Source: Candidatus Latescibacterota bacterium | GTDB taxonomy: Bacteria; Latescibacterota; UBA2968 | Assembly: GCA_965222605.1 (NCBI GenBank) | Contig: OZ244960.1 | Coordinates: 832,001 to 896,000 of the forward strand | Direction: 5' to 3' | Length of the DNA stretch: 64,000 nucleotides | Part shown: piece after piece, positions 1 to 9,507 of the stretch | Position numbering within the stretch: position 1 is the first letter of the stretch | How the letters are laid out: each line of letters opens with the position of its first letter | Notes under the pieces: model-generated | The model's input: only the letters and a program-made list of their open reading frames with translations | Told to the model about the DNA's origin: nothing | Databases searched by the model: none | Position numbers and translations under genes: made by a program

Positions 1-45
1 TTGGCCCTGTACGACCAGCATGTAACCCGACGCAACATCGACTGA
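1..45 (+). CDS. 3' end of an upstream gene (partial)
   Basis: Frame 1 reads LALYDQHVTRRNID then TGA at 43-45, same strand as the following operon; too short to identify. Confidence 0.35.
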   Translation: MALYDQHVTRRNID

Positions 46-120
46 TCGAAAATTCGGTTGTGTTTCGCGCCATATCGCATTAGCATGGAGTTGTTAATTA
101 TCAACCGCAGGAGGCATATC

Positions 121-954
121 GTGAAACTCGGATACGGTACTTATGCAATGCAAACGGAAAACATCTTCGACGCGCTCCCACGCCTGCGCGACATGGGTTA
201 CGAAGCCCTCGAAATCAACACGGGTGACGACTGGCATACCGCCCCGCACAAACTCGACGCCACTTCCCGCGAAACACTCGCCAAAACCATTGAGGACCTC
301 GGCTTTGAATCACCCGTCACCATGGCTTTGATGCCCATCTGCACACAGGGCGATGAACGCCCAGTCATCCTCGAAAAATTTGACGCCGCCTGTATCCTCG
401 CCAATGACCTCGCCTTTGGCGATGCCCCCGGCATCATCGTCAGCACACTCGGCGGTCTGCACGGCGAGTGGGACGACGTCAAACACACCTATTGCGATCA
501 GCTCGTCGAACTGGGCGACCGCGCCGCCAAACACAATGTCATCCTCGCAACCGAACCCCATGCGGGCCACCCACTCGACACCCCCCAAAAAGTCGATTGG
601 CTCATGCGGCAAACCGATCACGACAACGTCAAAGTCAATTTCGACATGAGCCACTTTCACGTTGATGGCATTGACCTCCAGCCAAGCGTTGACCTGTGCG
701 CTCCTTACACCGTCTCCACCCACATCAAAGACGGCCACCGCGTCAACGGACAAGTGCGCTACCTCCTGCCCGGCGAAGGCGACTTCGACCTCGTCGCCTA
801 TTTCAAAGCCATCGCAGCCGCAGGCATCACCGTCCCAATCACCGTCGAAGTCACCGCACAAATCTGGAAACAACCCGACTACGATCCCTGGCCCGTCGCC
901 GAACAATGCTTCAAAGCACTCGATAATGCGCGAAGAGAAGCGGGTGTCGCATAG
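121..954 (+). CDS. Sugar phosphate isomerase/epimerase (xylose isomerase-like TIM barrel)
   Basis: GTG at 121 after GGAGG; metal motifs ATEPH, NFDMSH, THIKD, GEGDFD, TVEV. Confidence 0.85.
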   Translation: MKLGYGTYAMQTENIFDALPRLRDMGYEALEINTGDDWHTAPHKLDATSRETLAKTIEDLGFESPVTMALMPICTQGDERPVILEKFDAACILANDLAFGDAPGIIVSTLGGLHGEWDDVKHTYCDQLVELGDRAAKHNVILATEPHAGHPLDTPQKVDWLMRQTDHDNVKVNFDMSHFHVDGIDLQPSVDLCAPYTVSTHIKDGHRVNGQVRYLLPGEGDFDLVAYFKAIAAAGITVPITVEVTAQIWKQPDYDPWPVAEQCFKALDNARREAGVA

Positions 955-986
955 ATACGCAAAGACAAAATATCAGAAATCCAAAC

Positions 987-2429
987 ATGCCCTACAACAT
1001 CCTCCTCATCCTGACCGATCAACAGCGCTGGGACTCACTCGGTTGTTGCGGTGTAAGCGGCGTACACACCCCCAACCTCGACCGCCTCGCCAGTGAAGGC
1101 ACGCGCTACGACCAGTGCTATGTCAACAACCCGATATGCACGCCCAGTCGCGCCAGCCTCTGGACCGGCAAACACCTGCCCGGCCACGGCGTCTATCGCC
1201 TGCACGATGTCTTGCCCCAGGACGAAATCCTCTTTCCCCATCACCTGCGCGAAGCCGGATACGACACCGCGCTCTTTGGCAAACTCCACGTTGCCGGTCA
1301 CATGTGGGAAATGCAATACCGCCACCGCTTCGACGGCTACAATACCTACGAATGGGCACCCGACCCCAATGGGTATCGCGGCTGTGACACCGCGTACTTC
1401 CGCTGGCTTGCGCTACACCACCCCGATATCCGCCAACGCTGGAAACGCGACGGCAACCGCATCGGCCATGTCCGCGCCGAAGCCCATTTCACCACATGGG
1501 CTGCCGAACGCACCATCGACTATCTCCACCGCATGCGTGGCACGCATCAACCCTTCTTCTGTTGCATGAGCGTCTTTGATCCGCACAGCCCCTATACAAA
1601 TTATCCCAAAGAATACGCCGACTATCTCGACATCGACGCCCTGCCCGAACCCTTTGCCGTAGATGAATCCTTCGATCATCGCCCAATCGCACACTGGCGG
1701 GAACGCGACAGACGATCTTTCCCTTCAACGGACACCCTGCGCGAAAGCCGTATCGGCTACCACGCTGCCATCACCCTCATCGACGAACAGGTCGGGCGCG
1801 TCTTGCAAGCACTCGACGACACGAACTTTGCGGACAACACCATCGTCATCTTTGCCAGCGACCACGGCGACATGCTCGGCGACCACGGCCTCACCGTCAA
1901 AGGCGCGTACATGTACGACGCCTGCACCCGAGTGCCCATGATTATCCGCGTACCGGGCGAATCCGGCGGTCAAATTATCAACACACCCTGCCAACTTCAC
2001 GACATTGCCGCAACCGCACTCGCCATCGCCAGATGCGAACAACCCGACCTCATGCCCGATGCATGCGACCTCCTGGACATCAACGCCTTGCAACAACGCG
2101 GCCATGCCGTCTGCATGCACCGCAACTCAAGCACCACGCGCGGGGGCTATCACAACCCGGAATTGCACATCACCATGTGGCGGGAAAACCGCTACAAACT
2201 CAGCATCTACCACGCGCCAAAACCCGGCCCCGACAATTGCCCAGGCGAACTCTTTGACATGGAAACAGATCCCGATGAAATGAACAACCTGTGGTTCGAC
2301 GCCAACATGCAAGACATACGCGACCAACTCATCCACAAACTCACGGCTTTTCTCGTGCAACAAGACGCACAGAGCCGCGCGAGAGGTAGCGAAGCCCTGC
2401 CGCCGGGATTTTGGAAAGATAGCTCATGA
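987..2429 (+). CDS. Formylglycine-dependent (Cys-type) sulfatase
   Basis: NILLILTDQQR, CTPSRASLWTG (CxPxR), GKLH, DPH, SDHG motifs. Confidence 0.92.
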   Translation: MPYNILLILTDQQRWDSLGCCGVSGVHTPNLDRLASEGTRYDQCYVNNPICTPSRASLWTGKHLPGHGVYRLHDVLPQDEILFPHHLREAGYDTALFGKLHVAGHMWEMQYRHRFDGYNTYEWAPDPNGYRGCDTAYFRWLALHHPDIRQRWKRDGNRIGHVRAEAHFTTWAAERTIDYLHRMRGTHQPFFCCMSVFDPHSPYTNYPKEYADYLDIDALPEPFAVDESFDHRPIAHWRERDRRSFPSTDTLRESRIGYHAAITLIDEQVGRVLQALDDTNFADNTIVIFASDHGDMLGDHGLTVKGAYMYDACTRVPMIIRVPGESGGQIINTPCQLHDIAATALAIARCEQPDLMPDACDLLDINALQQRGHAVCMHRNSSTTRGGYHNPELHITMWRENRYKLSIYHAPKPGPDNCPGELFDMETDPDEMNNLWFDANMQDIRDQLIHKLTAFLVQQDAQSRARGSEALPPGFWKDSS

Positions 2430-3595
2430 CCAAAACCATCATCATGCCCAAATACGGGCTTCAGCAAGACAACGGCACCGTCGTTGAATGGCGCGTCAAA
2501 GAAGGCGACCACGTCAACAAGGGCGACATCCTCCTCGACCTGGAAACAGACAAAGCTCTCTTTGAATACGAATCGCCCGAAAGCGGTTACGTCCGCAAAC
2601 TCGTCGCCCAAAACGGCGATGAAGTGCCAGTGCTCTCGGTCATTGCCATCATCACCGACGAAGCCGACGAACCCATCGATGATCTAACACCTGTCAGCAC
2701 TGGCTCGCCCACAGAGGAAGCGCGCCAAATATCGGACACCGCAGAGCGAGAAACCGGACCCGTGCTGGAAGCCTCTACCCAGCGCATCAAACGGTCTCCT
2801 GCTGCCCGCCACCGCGCTCGCGAACTCAATATAGACCTCGCCACCATCGCAGGCACTGGTCCAGGTGGCCGCATCGTACTCGCCGATGTCGAACGCGCAG
2901 CATCTGCGGCTCCATCCCCCGCCACACTATCGCGCATGCGCCAGGCCATTGGCAAAACCATGGCCTATAGCAAAAGCACCATTCCGCACTTCTATGTCGC
3001 CACTGAAATCGACATGACCGACGCGGAAATCTGGCGCAAAAACCTCGCCGAAACCGACGCCATCAAGCTCTCGGTCACCGATCTCTTTGTCAAAGCCGCC
3101 GCAGATGCCCTCACCCAATACCCGGCACTCAACGCCAGCCTTGACGGAGATACTACCGTTATCGTACACGACACAGTCGATATCGGCCTGGCCGTTGGCA
3201 CAGACGACGGCCTAGTCGTCCCGGTCATCCCAAATGCCGACCAGGCATTCCTGACCGACCTCGCCGACGAACGCGCCCAGCGCGTTGACGAAGCCAGACA
3301 GGGCAAAATGCGCGGCGATGCCAGTGCCACCTTCACCATCTCGAACCTGGGGATGTACGGCATCACCTCCTTCACCGCCATTGTCAATCCCCCCGAAGCC
3401 GCCATCTTAGCTGTCGGCGCAGCCATCGCCCGCGTTGTCCCCATCGGCGACCCCATGACCATCGCCGTTCGCCAAATCGCCGAAGTCACACTCTCCGCCG
3501 ACCACCGCCTCGTCGATGGCGTGGTTGCGGCTCAATTTTTACAGGCACTAAAACAAAATCTGGAAGACGTAAACAAATTGGAAAGCTGGTTGTGA
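2426..3595 (+). CDS. Dihydrolipoamide acyltransferase E2 (AcoC/PdhC-like)
   Basis: Lipoyl motif LETDKA, E3-binding motif GTGPGGRI, catalytic DHRLVDG; ATGA overlap with sulfatase stop. Confidence 0.92.
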   Translation: MTKTIIMPKYGLQQDNGTVVEWRVKEGDHVNKGDILLDLETDKALFEYESPESGYVRKLVAQNGDEVPVLSVIAIITDEADEPIDDLTPVSTGSPTEEARQISDTAERETGPVLEASTQRIKRSPAARHRARELNIDLATIAGTGPGGRIVLADVERAASAAPSPATLSRMRQAIGKTMAYSKSTIPHFYVATEIDMTDAEIWRKNLAETDAIKLSVTDLFVKAAADALTQYPALNASLDGDTTVIVHDTVDIGLAVGTDDGLVVPVIPNADQAFLTDLADERAQRVDEARQGKMRGDASATFTISNLGMYGITSFTAIVNPPEAAILAVGAAIARVVPIGDPMTIAVRQIAEVTLSADHRLVDGVVAAQFLQALKQNLEDVNKLESWL

Positions 3596-3607
3596 AAAGG
3601 AGCCTTT

Positions 3608-4570
3608 ATGTCTCTACCCTCTGAAATCCTGATCAAAATGTACCGCGCCATGCTCCGCATCCGCCGTTTTGAAGAACAAATCTGGGAAGTTTATACCGGC
3701 GGCCTCATGCACGGACTGGCGCACCTCTACATCGGCGAAGAAGCCGTTGCCGTGGGCGTTTGCGCTGCGCTGCGCGACGACGACTTCATCACCAGCACCC
3801 ATCGCGGGCACGGGCACTGCGTTGCCAAAGGGGGGAACCTCGAAGCCATGATGGCCGAAGTAATGGGCCGCGTCACCGGGCACTGCCGCGGCAAAGGCGG
3901 CTCCATGCACATCGCCGACATGTCCGTTGGCATCCTCGGCGCAAATGGCATTGTCGGCGGCGGATTTGGCATTGCCACAGGCGCAGCACTCTCGGCGAAA
4001 AAACGCGGCACCGACCAGGTTGCCGTCTGCTTCTTTGGCGACGGTGCCTCCAATCAAGGCATCTTCTTCGAAGTCATGAACTTCGCCGCAATATGGAAAC
4101 TCCCGGTTATCTACGTCTGCGAAAACAACCACTACGGCGAATACACCCCCACTGAAAACGTCACCGCGGGCAAAAGCATTGCCGATCGCTCTCTCCCCTT
4201 CGGCATTCCCAGCACAACCGTAGATGGCAGCGACGCCATTGCCGTGTACGAAGCCACTGCTGAAGCAGTCGAACGCGCCAGAAAGGGCGATGGCGCCACA
4301 CTCATCGAATGCGACACGTACCGCTATCGCGGGCACCACGTGGGCGACCCTGGAGAAGGCTATCGTTCAAAAGAAGAAATCGAATCCTGGATGGCCAAAG
4401 ATCCCATCCAGCGGCTTCGCACAACAATCCTGGACGACAACATCGCCTCCGGAGCCGAACTCGATGCGGAAGAGCGCGAAGTCGAAAAAGAAATGGAAAA
4501 CGCGCTCGAAGCTGCCAAAGCCGCGCCTTATCCCGATGTAGCGGAGGTCAATCAACATGTCTATGCGTGA
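3608..4570 (+). CDS. acoA: TPP-dependent dehydrogenase E1 alpha (acetoin dehydrogenase-like)
   Basis: HLYIGEEA, STHRGHGH, GKGGSMH, TPP motif GDGASNQG...ENN, YRYRGH. Confidence 0.85.
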   Translation: MSLPSEILIKMYRAMLRIRRFEEQIWEVYTGGLMHGLAHLYIGEEAVAVGVCAALRDDDFITSTHRGHGHCVAKGGNLEAMMAEVMGRVTGHCRGKGGSMHIADMSVGILGANGIVGGGFGIATGAALSAKKRGTDQVAVCFFGDGASNQGIFFEVMNFAAIWKLPVIYVCENNHYGEYTPTENVTAGKSIADRSLPFGIPSTTVDGSDAIAVYEATAEAVERARKGDGATLIECDTYRYRGHHVGDPGEGYRSKEEIESWMAKDPIQRLRTTILDDNIASGAELDAEEREVEKEMENALEAAKAAPYPDVAEVNQHVYA

Positions 4571-5543
4571 AATGACTTATGGCGAAGCCGTCAAAGAAGC
4601 CATCGCTGAAGAAATGCGCCGCGACCCCACAGTTTTTCTCATGGGCGAAGACGTCGGCAAAGCAGGCACCGTATTCAAAGTACTCACGGGTTTGCACGAC
4701 GAATTTGGCGACGACCGCGTCATCGACACGCCCATTGCAGAAGCGGGTCTCGTTGGCCTCGGCGTTGGCGCTGCGCTCACCGGCTCGCGTCCCATTGTCG
4801 ATATCATGTTTGGCGACTTCATCACCCTGGCCATGGACCAGATCGTAAACCAGGCCGCCAAACTGCGCTATATGTCCGGCGGTCAGGCTATTGTGCCCAT
4901 CACCATCCGCTCCACAATGGGCGCGGGACGCTCCTCTGCCGCGCAACATTCGCAGAGCTTGCACGCCTGGCTCGCGCACATCCCCGGCCTCAAAGTCGCC
5001 ATACCCTCCACGCCCGCAGACGCCAAGGGCCTCTTCAAAACCGCTGTTAGAGACAACAACCCCGTCATCATTTACGAAGACAAAATGATGTATGCCCTCA
5101 AAGGCATGGTACCCGCCGAAGAAGACTACACCATACCCTTTGGACAGGCCCACATCAAACGCGAAGGCGACGACATCACCCTCATCGCCACCTCGAGCAT
5201 GGTTCACGTCGCTCTTGAGGCTGCTGACATCCTCGCAGAACAGGGCATCAGCGCAGAAGTCGTTGACCCGCGCACCCTCGTTCCCCTCGACAGAGAAACC
5301 CTCATCGAATCCGTGGTCAAAACCACCCGTGCCGTCATCATCGACGAAGGCTACAAAAGTTTTGGTATCACAGGGGAAATCGCCTCCATCGTCTATAACG
5401 GCGCCTTTGACTACATCGACGCACCCATCGTTCGCCTCGGCGCAATGGACGTACCCGTTCCATTTAGCAAACCCCTTGAAGACGCCACAATCCCCACGCC
5501 CGAAGATGTGATCAAAGCCGTGCAGGACATGAAAATCAGATAG
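4557..5543 (+). CDS. acoB: TPP-dependent dehydrogenase E1 beta (acetoin dehydrogenase-like)
   Basis: GEDVG, DTPIAE, MFGDF, AQHSQS, DPRTLVPLD motifs; start 4557 or 4563. Confidence 0.85.
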   Translation: MSMREMTYGEAVKEAIAEEMRRDPTVFLMGEDVGKAGTVFKVLTGLHDEFGDDRVIDTPIAEAGLVGLGVGAALTGSRPIVDIMFGDFITLAMDQIVNQAAKLRYMSGGQAIVPITIRSTMGAGRSSAAQHSQSLHAWLAHIPGLKVAIPSTPADAKGLFKTAVRDNNPVIIYEDKMMYALKGMVPAEEDYTIPFGQAHIKREGDDITLIATSSMVHVALEAADILAEQGISAEVVDPRTLVPLDRETLIESVVKTTRAVIIDEGYKSFGITGEIASIVYNGAFDYIDAPIVRLGAMDVPVPFSKPLEDATIPTPEDVIKAVQDMKIR

Positions 5544-5554
5544 CACTCACCTGA

Positions 5555-5591
5555 AATACAAAGGCCCGGCGATCTGCCGGGCCTTTGTATT
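5555..5591. terminator. Intrinsic terminator, probably bidirectional
   Basis: Perfect 16-bp inverted repeat AATACAAAGGCCCGGC-gatct-GCCGGGCCTTTGTATT between convergent acoB and tRNA-Leu. Confidence 0.85.
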
Positions 5592-5604
5592 GTACAATAA
5601 AAAA

Positions 5605-5689
5605 TGCCGAGGACGGGACTCGAACCCGTACGGGCGATTAGCCCAAGGGATTTTAAGTCCCTCGTGTCTACCAATTCCACCACCTCGGC
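5605..5689 (-). tRNA. tRNA-Leu (TAA), CCA not encoded
   Basis: Reverse complement GCCGAGGTGGTGGAATTGGTAGACACGAGGGACTTAAAATCCCT...GGGTTCGAGTCCCGTCCTCGGCA; anticodon TAA, long variable arm. Confidence 0.95.
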
Positions 5690-5767
5690 ACTGCAAAAAA
5701 AAGATAAAGGTGTCCTGCTTGTCAAACGCACAATTCTCTCTTTATCTACAAAAATCTCATCACAGAA

Positions 5768-6673
5768 TTATCCATCCAACCGTTCGGCCAGCGCACAGGT
5801 GGCTGGCGTGCCATCTACCTCTGCAAACACTTTTCCAAACTCCTCCCGAGAAACCTGTCGCGTATTCTCTCCGCGATACTGAAATTGCAGTGCCCTGCGG
5901 CGATGCGGACTGCGGTTGGGAGGCGTCTGATGGGGCAGCATCGCCGAAAAGATCATCGCCCCTCCCGCCTTCATTTCCAATGGAACTGCGTCGCTATAAT
6001 CCAACCGACCTTCCACAATCTGACAGTCAATCGCATGTACGTGTTTAAATGCCTCGCCCTTATGTCTGCCGGGCAACACATGCATGCACCCATTCTCCAC
6101 CGTTGCGTCATCCAGCGTAATCCACGCCGTAGCAACTGCCTCTAAAGGCAACCAGTCAAAATAGGCATTGTCCTGATGCCAGGGCTTTTCCGATCCAATA
6201 AACGGCGGTTTGGAAAGGGCCATCTCGTTTTTCAAAACCACCTTCTGCCCCAGAACGCGCTCCACAAATCCCTTGATACGCGGATGTTCGACCAGGGCTT
6301 GAAACGTGGGATGAGCCTGATGATACCCATGCAGCTTGCGAAATTTAAGCTCGGCTTCGGCATTTGCCAACGATAGAGGCTCCTCAATACCCGGCTCAAA
6401 ATGGATCCCAAACGGACCGTCCAATTCCTGCACCTGAGTCCCAGCATAGTTCCCTCTTGCCCCGGATTTTGCTTCCCAAACCCGCGCCCGTCCCCCGCGT
6501 GCCTCGTCCATCAACCACCCCGTGATCTCGCTCAAAGCTGTCTGAGTGGCCTCGACCTCTTCGGCGGTCAACACATTTTCAAATGCCAGATACCCATCTC
6601 GGTGAAATTGCGCCACCAGGGCATCGTCCAGGTCCTCTGGACAATCCGGCAAACACACTATCGACAAAGACAT
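5768..6673 (-). CDS. Phytanoyl-CoA dioxygenase family (PhyH) Fe(II)/2OG oxygenase
   Basis: FHRDGYL, KPWHQD, ENGCM, LPHQTPPNRS..RR; ATG 6673 after GGAGG. Confidence 0.88.
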   Translation of the reverse strand: MSLSIVCLPDCPEDLDDALVAQFHRDGYLAFENVLTAEEVEATQTALSEITGWLMDEARGGRARVWEAKSGARGNYAGTQVQELDGPFGIHFEPGIEEPLSLANAEAELKFRKLHGYHQAHPTFQALVEHPRIKGFVERVLGQKVVLKNEMALSKPPFIGSEKPWHQDNAYFDWLPLEAVATAWITLDDATVENGCMHVLPGRHKGEAFKHVHAIDCQIVEGRLDYSDAVPLEMKAGGAMIFSAMLPHQTPPNRSPHRRRALQFQYRGENTRQVSREEFGKVFAEVDGTPATCALAERLDG

Positions 6674-6761
6674 CCTGCCCTCCTGCATTATATCGCAATA
6701 TCAAACACCGTTTCTAAATAAATTTAAAGCATTTCAACACGGTTGACAAGGACATCGAAAT

Positions 6762-6803
6762 AATCAACCGGTCAATCTCATCGTCGAGACTGACCGGTTG
6801 ATT
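6762..6803. terminator. Intrinsic terminator downstream of tRNA-Cys
   Basis: AATCAACCGGTCA ... TGACCGGTTGATT inverted repeat immediately 3' of the tRNA CCA. Confidence 0.75.
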
Positions 6804-6805
6804 TT

Positions 6806-6879
6806 TGGAGGTGCCGGGCGGATTCGAACCGCCGATAAAGGCTTTGCAGGCCTCTGCCTTACCGCTTGGCCACGGCACC
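6806..6879 (-). tRNA. tRNA-Cys (GCA)
   Basis: Reverse complement GGTGCCGTGGCCAAGCGGTAAGGCAGAGGCCTGCAAAGCCTTTATCGGCGGTTCGAATCCGCCCGGCACCTCCA; U discriminator, CCA encoded. Confidence 0.96.
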
Positions 6880-6907
6880 CGATATGCTATGTGATTTGCG
6901 AAGCGTT

Positions 6908-6936
6908 AAAATACCGTACTTTATATCGAATGTCAA
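6908..6936 (-). promoter_or_regulatory. Sigma70-type promoter for tRNA-Cys
   Basis: TTGACA-17 nt-TATTTT on the minus strand. Confidence 0.65.
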
Positions 6937-6951
6937 GGGGGCGTATTTATA

Positions 6952-7605
6952 TTACCGCGCAGCCCAGTTAATACCGCGTCGCTGGATCTCTTTTGCCTCT
7001 GGTACATCAAAATCTACGGCTTTGTGCCCCAGGGAAGAGTAAAACAAGCGCCCCTCTCCCCACATACGCTTCCAAACCACCGGCATCACACAGCCATTGA
7101 CCCAGGGGGCCACATCGGTCTCAAACGTCGTTGTCACCAGCACTTCATTACCCGGATCGGTATGCATATAATACTGCTCGGAATGCATCGCAAAATCGCT
7201 CAGACCCGCCACAATCGGATCATCTGCTTTTTCCGGCACAATATTGACCTCATAATCAATCACCCCACCCGGATGCGACACCCATTGCCCACCCGTCATC
7301 CACTGATAGCCCGTATTATTGCGAAACGCATCGCACATTCCACCGTGCCACCCGGCCAGTCCAACGCCGTTCTTAACCGCCCCTTGAAGCCCCTGCTCCT
7401 GCTCCTTTTCTATACTACCCATCGTCCAACACGGCACAACAACGCTCAGTTCCGACATATAATCCGCATCCGTATAAACATCCATGGAATCGCGAACATC
7501 CACGTCAAACCCATCCGCTTCCAGCAGCGGTGCGAAAACATCTACACATTCCTTTGGCTCATGCCCGGCCCAACCACCCCATACCATCAAAGCTTTCTTG
7601 CTCAT
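6952..7605 (-). CDS. ThuA domain-containing protein
   Basis: [39 protein letters not shown]; ATG 7605 after AAGGAG. Confidence 0.85.
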   Translation of the reverse strand: MSKKALMVWGGWAGHEPKECVDVFAPLLEADGFDVDVRDSMDVYTDADYMSELSVVVPCWTMGSIEKEQEQGLQGAVKNGVGLAGWHGGMCDAFRNNTGYQWMTGGQWVSHPGGVIDYEVNIVPEKADDPIVAGLSDFAMHSEQYYMHTDPGNEVLVTTTFETDVAPWVNGCVMPVVWKRMWGEGRLFYSSLGHKAVDFDVPEAKEIQRRGINWAAR

Positions 7606-7630
7606 CTTTGTCTCCTTTTTTGTAAATCTA

Positions 7631-8686
7631 TCAACTGCCCAGCGCAAAGGCCAGGCCTCGTTCTTCTGCTGTTTTCTTCAGGTCATTTAACGTAACAGCA
7701 TTCAAGGGTATGCCATGTGTGCGATACGCGTTGCGCCGCAGGGCTTCGGGCTCACCAGGGACAAATAGCCGATCCACCCCAGGTGCCCTTTTGCAAGCGT
7801 GAATCTGCTGAATCGCTTTGTCAACCCGCGCCTTGAATCGCGCCACATCTTCAAAAGCACCCACCCGAATAGCCGCCACAAAATGGCCATCTTCACCTGC
7901 ACGTGGTCCCTCTTCCATATTGCCCAATTCGGTGCCATAGCTCGCGCCGGACAGCATGGAAGACAAAATCCCCATCACCATCGCCAGAGCCACACCCTTA
8001 AATTGCCCAATCGGCATCAGCAGACCATCTATCGCCTTTACGGGATCAGTCGTCGGCACCCCGTCCGCATCCATGGCCCACCCTTCTGGCAAGATCAGCC
8101 CTTTTTGTTCATATACGCGAATCTTCCCATGCGCAGAGCCGGAAAATGCCGCGTCAAAAACAATGGGAAATTCCCCACCAGCGGGAATGGCCACACTCAA
8201 GGGATTGATACCCAGGATACGCTCGGCACCTCCCCACGGAGCCATTGTGGGCAAGGCATTGGTCGTCGCAACCCCAATCATATCGCAATCCAGCGCCATA
8301 CGCGCAAAATACCCCACGGCACCGCAGTGATTACTGCCCCGAATACCCGCGGCCGCTATACCAATATCTCGAGCGCGTGCAATCACCTGCTGCATCGCAA
8401 ACGCCGCCCCGATCTGCCCCATAGAATTGCCCCCATCCACCACGAGACACGCCCCATTATCCTTCACCACCTCGGGTTTGCCATTTGGATCCACGCCATC
8501 AACCGTCAACTTCTCCACGTATTCGGGAACGCGCAATACCCCGTGCGAATGCACCCCGCCGAGGTCGGCATCCACCAGCGAATCCGCCAACAGATGTGCA
8601 TCCCCTGCACGCATCTCACACGTCTCAAAAATTGCCTGTACCAAATCCAACAGCGACCGAGCAGGTACACGCGTTTCGTTCTCCAT
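7631..8686 (-). CDS. Ldh_2 family oxidoreductase (malate/L-lactate/ureidoglycolate dehydrogenase-like)
   Basis: [32 protein letters not shown]. Confidence 0.88.
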   Translation of the reverse strand: MENETRVPARSLLDLVQAIFETCEMRAGDAHLLADSLVDADLGGVHSHGVLRVPEYVEKLTVDGVDPNGKPEVVKDNGACLVVDGGNSMGQIGAAFAMQQVIARARDIGIAAAGIRGSNHCGAVGYFARMALDCDMIGVATTNALPTMAPWGGAERILGINPLSVAIPAGGEFPIVFDAAFSGSAHGKIRVYEQKGLILPEGWAMDADGVPTTDPVKAIDGLLMPIGQFKGVALAMVMGILSSMLSGASYGTELGNMEEGPRAGEDGHFVAAIRVGAFEDVARFKARVDKAIQQIHACKRAPGVDRLFVPGEPEALRRNAYRTHGIPLNAVTLNDLKKTAEERGLAFALGS

Positions 8687-8697
8687 TGCACTATCCC

Positions 8698-9435
8698 TCA
8701 ATGCTTGCAAGCCACATGCCGATCTTCGTATTTCCCCTTCAAAAACTTTTCGGGATTGAGTGCTTCGGGCAAATAATGCCATGCCGTGCTATAGCGCGTG
8801 CGATTGCTGTGATTGTCATTGGAACCGTGCAGGAGATTGGCGGAAAACAGAACAACAGTACCCGCGGGAATGATCAAATCAACAGCCCGTGATTCATCGA
8901 CCTTTGTCCAACTGCCATGCCTGCCTGGGTTTCTGCGGTGCTCGACAATCTCACCCATCCGGTGACTGCCGGGCACCACCCGCAAACACCCATTCTCCAC
9001 ATCGGAATCTTCCAGATAAATACCGCAACTAATAATGCGATCCGTATCGGTCCCAAAATAATAATTGTCCTGATGCCAGCCCGTTGATGTGCCGCCATTG
9101 GGCAACTTCGGAAAAAACTTGGTGCCAAACAAATCGATATTTTCACCAATCAATGCCGCCACGCGGTCTAAAATCGCCGGCTCGCGCGCCAGTTCCAACA
9201 CCCGGGAATCAACCACGCAAACGCCCTGAATTTTGTGCAACAAACCCGCCCGAGGCGAACCGCGCTCGTCTAACTCGAGCGTCCAGTGCGGTACCTCCTC
9301 GGTCAGATTGCGCCCCTCTGCGACCAGTTCATCAAATACCTGCTTGTAATAGGCCAATCGCTCGCCCTGGATCAGGCTCTCAAAAACGAGATACCCATCT
9401 TCTCGAAACCGCTGCACCTGTTCATCTGTCAACAT
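8698..9435 (-). CDS. Phytanoyl-CoA dioxygenase family (PhyH) protein
   Basis: FREDGYL, WHQD, ENGCLRVVPGSH, LLHGS..N..R. Confidence 0.9.
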   Translation of the reverse strand: MLTDEQVQRFREDGYLVFESLIQGERLAYYKQVFDELVAEGRNLTEEVPHWTLELDERGSPRAGLLHKIQGVCVVDSRVLELAREPAILDRVAALIGENIDLFGTKFFPKLPNGGTSTGWHQDNYYFGTDTDRIISCGIYLEDSDVENGCLRVVPGSHRMGEIVEHRRNPGRHGSWTKVDESRAVDLIIPAGTVVLFSANLLHGSNDNHSNRTRYSTAWHYLPEALNPEKFLKGKYEDRHVACKH

Positions 9436-9460
9436 AAAATCTCCCTTTCTTTTGTTTTTT

Positions 9461-9489
9461 CATCTGTGTTAATCCGTGTTCATCGGTGG
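9461..9489. repeat. 10-nt period imperfect tandem repeat
   Basis: CATCTGTGTT AATCCGTGTT CATCGGTGG. Confidence 0.6.
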
Positions 9490-9507
9490 GATAGCTCAAA
9501 TTACTCG

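Noticed and set aside
4548-5546. Long antisense or alternate-frame ORFs (e.g. 4548-5546, 7799-8776, 16193-17218, 62728-63471)
   Set aside because: Shadows of real genes caused by codon bias; no recognisable motifs.
5605-5689. tRNA-Leu(TAA) lacking encoded CCA as a sign of a pseudogene
   Set aside because: All stems pair properly and CCA is commonly added post-transcriptionally.
5701-5725. Sigma70 promoter for tRNA-Leu(TAA), and TTGACA boxes at 32423 and 60067
   Set aside because: No acceptable -10 hexamer at 16-18 nt spacing.
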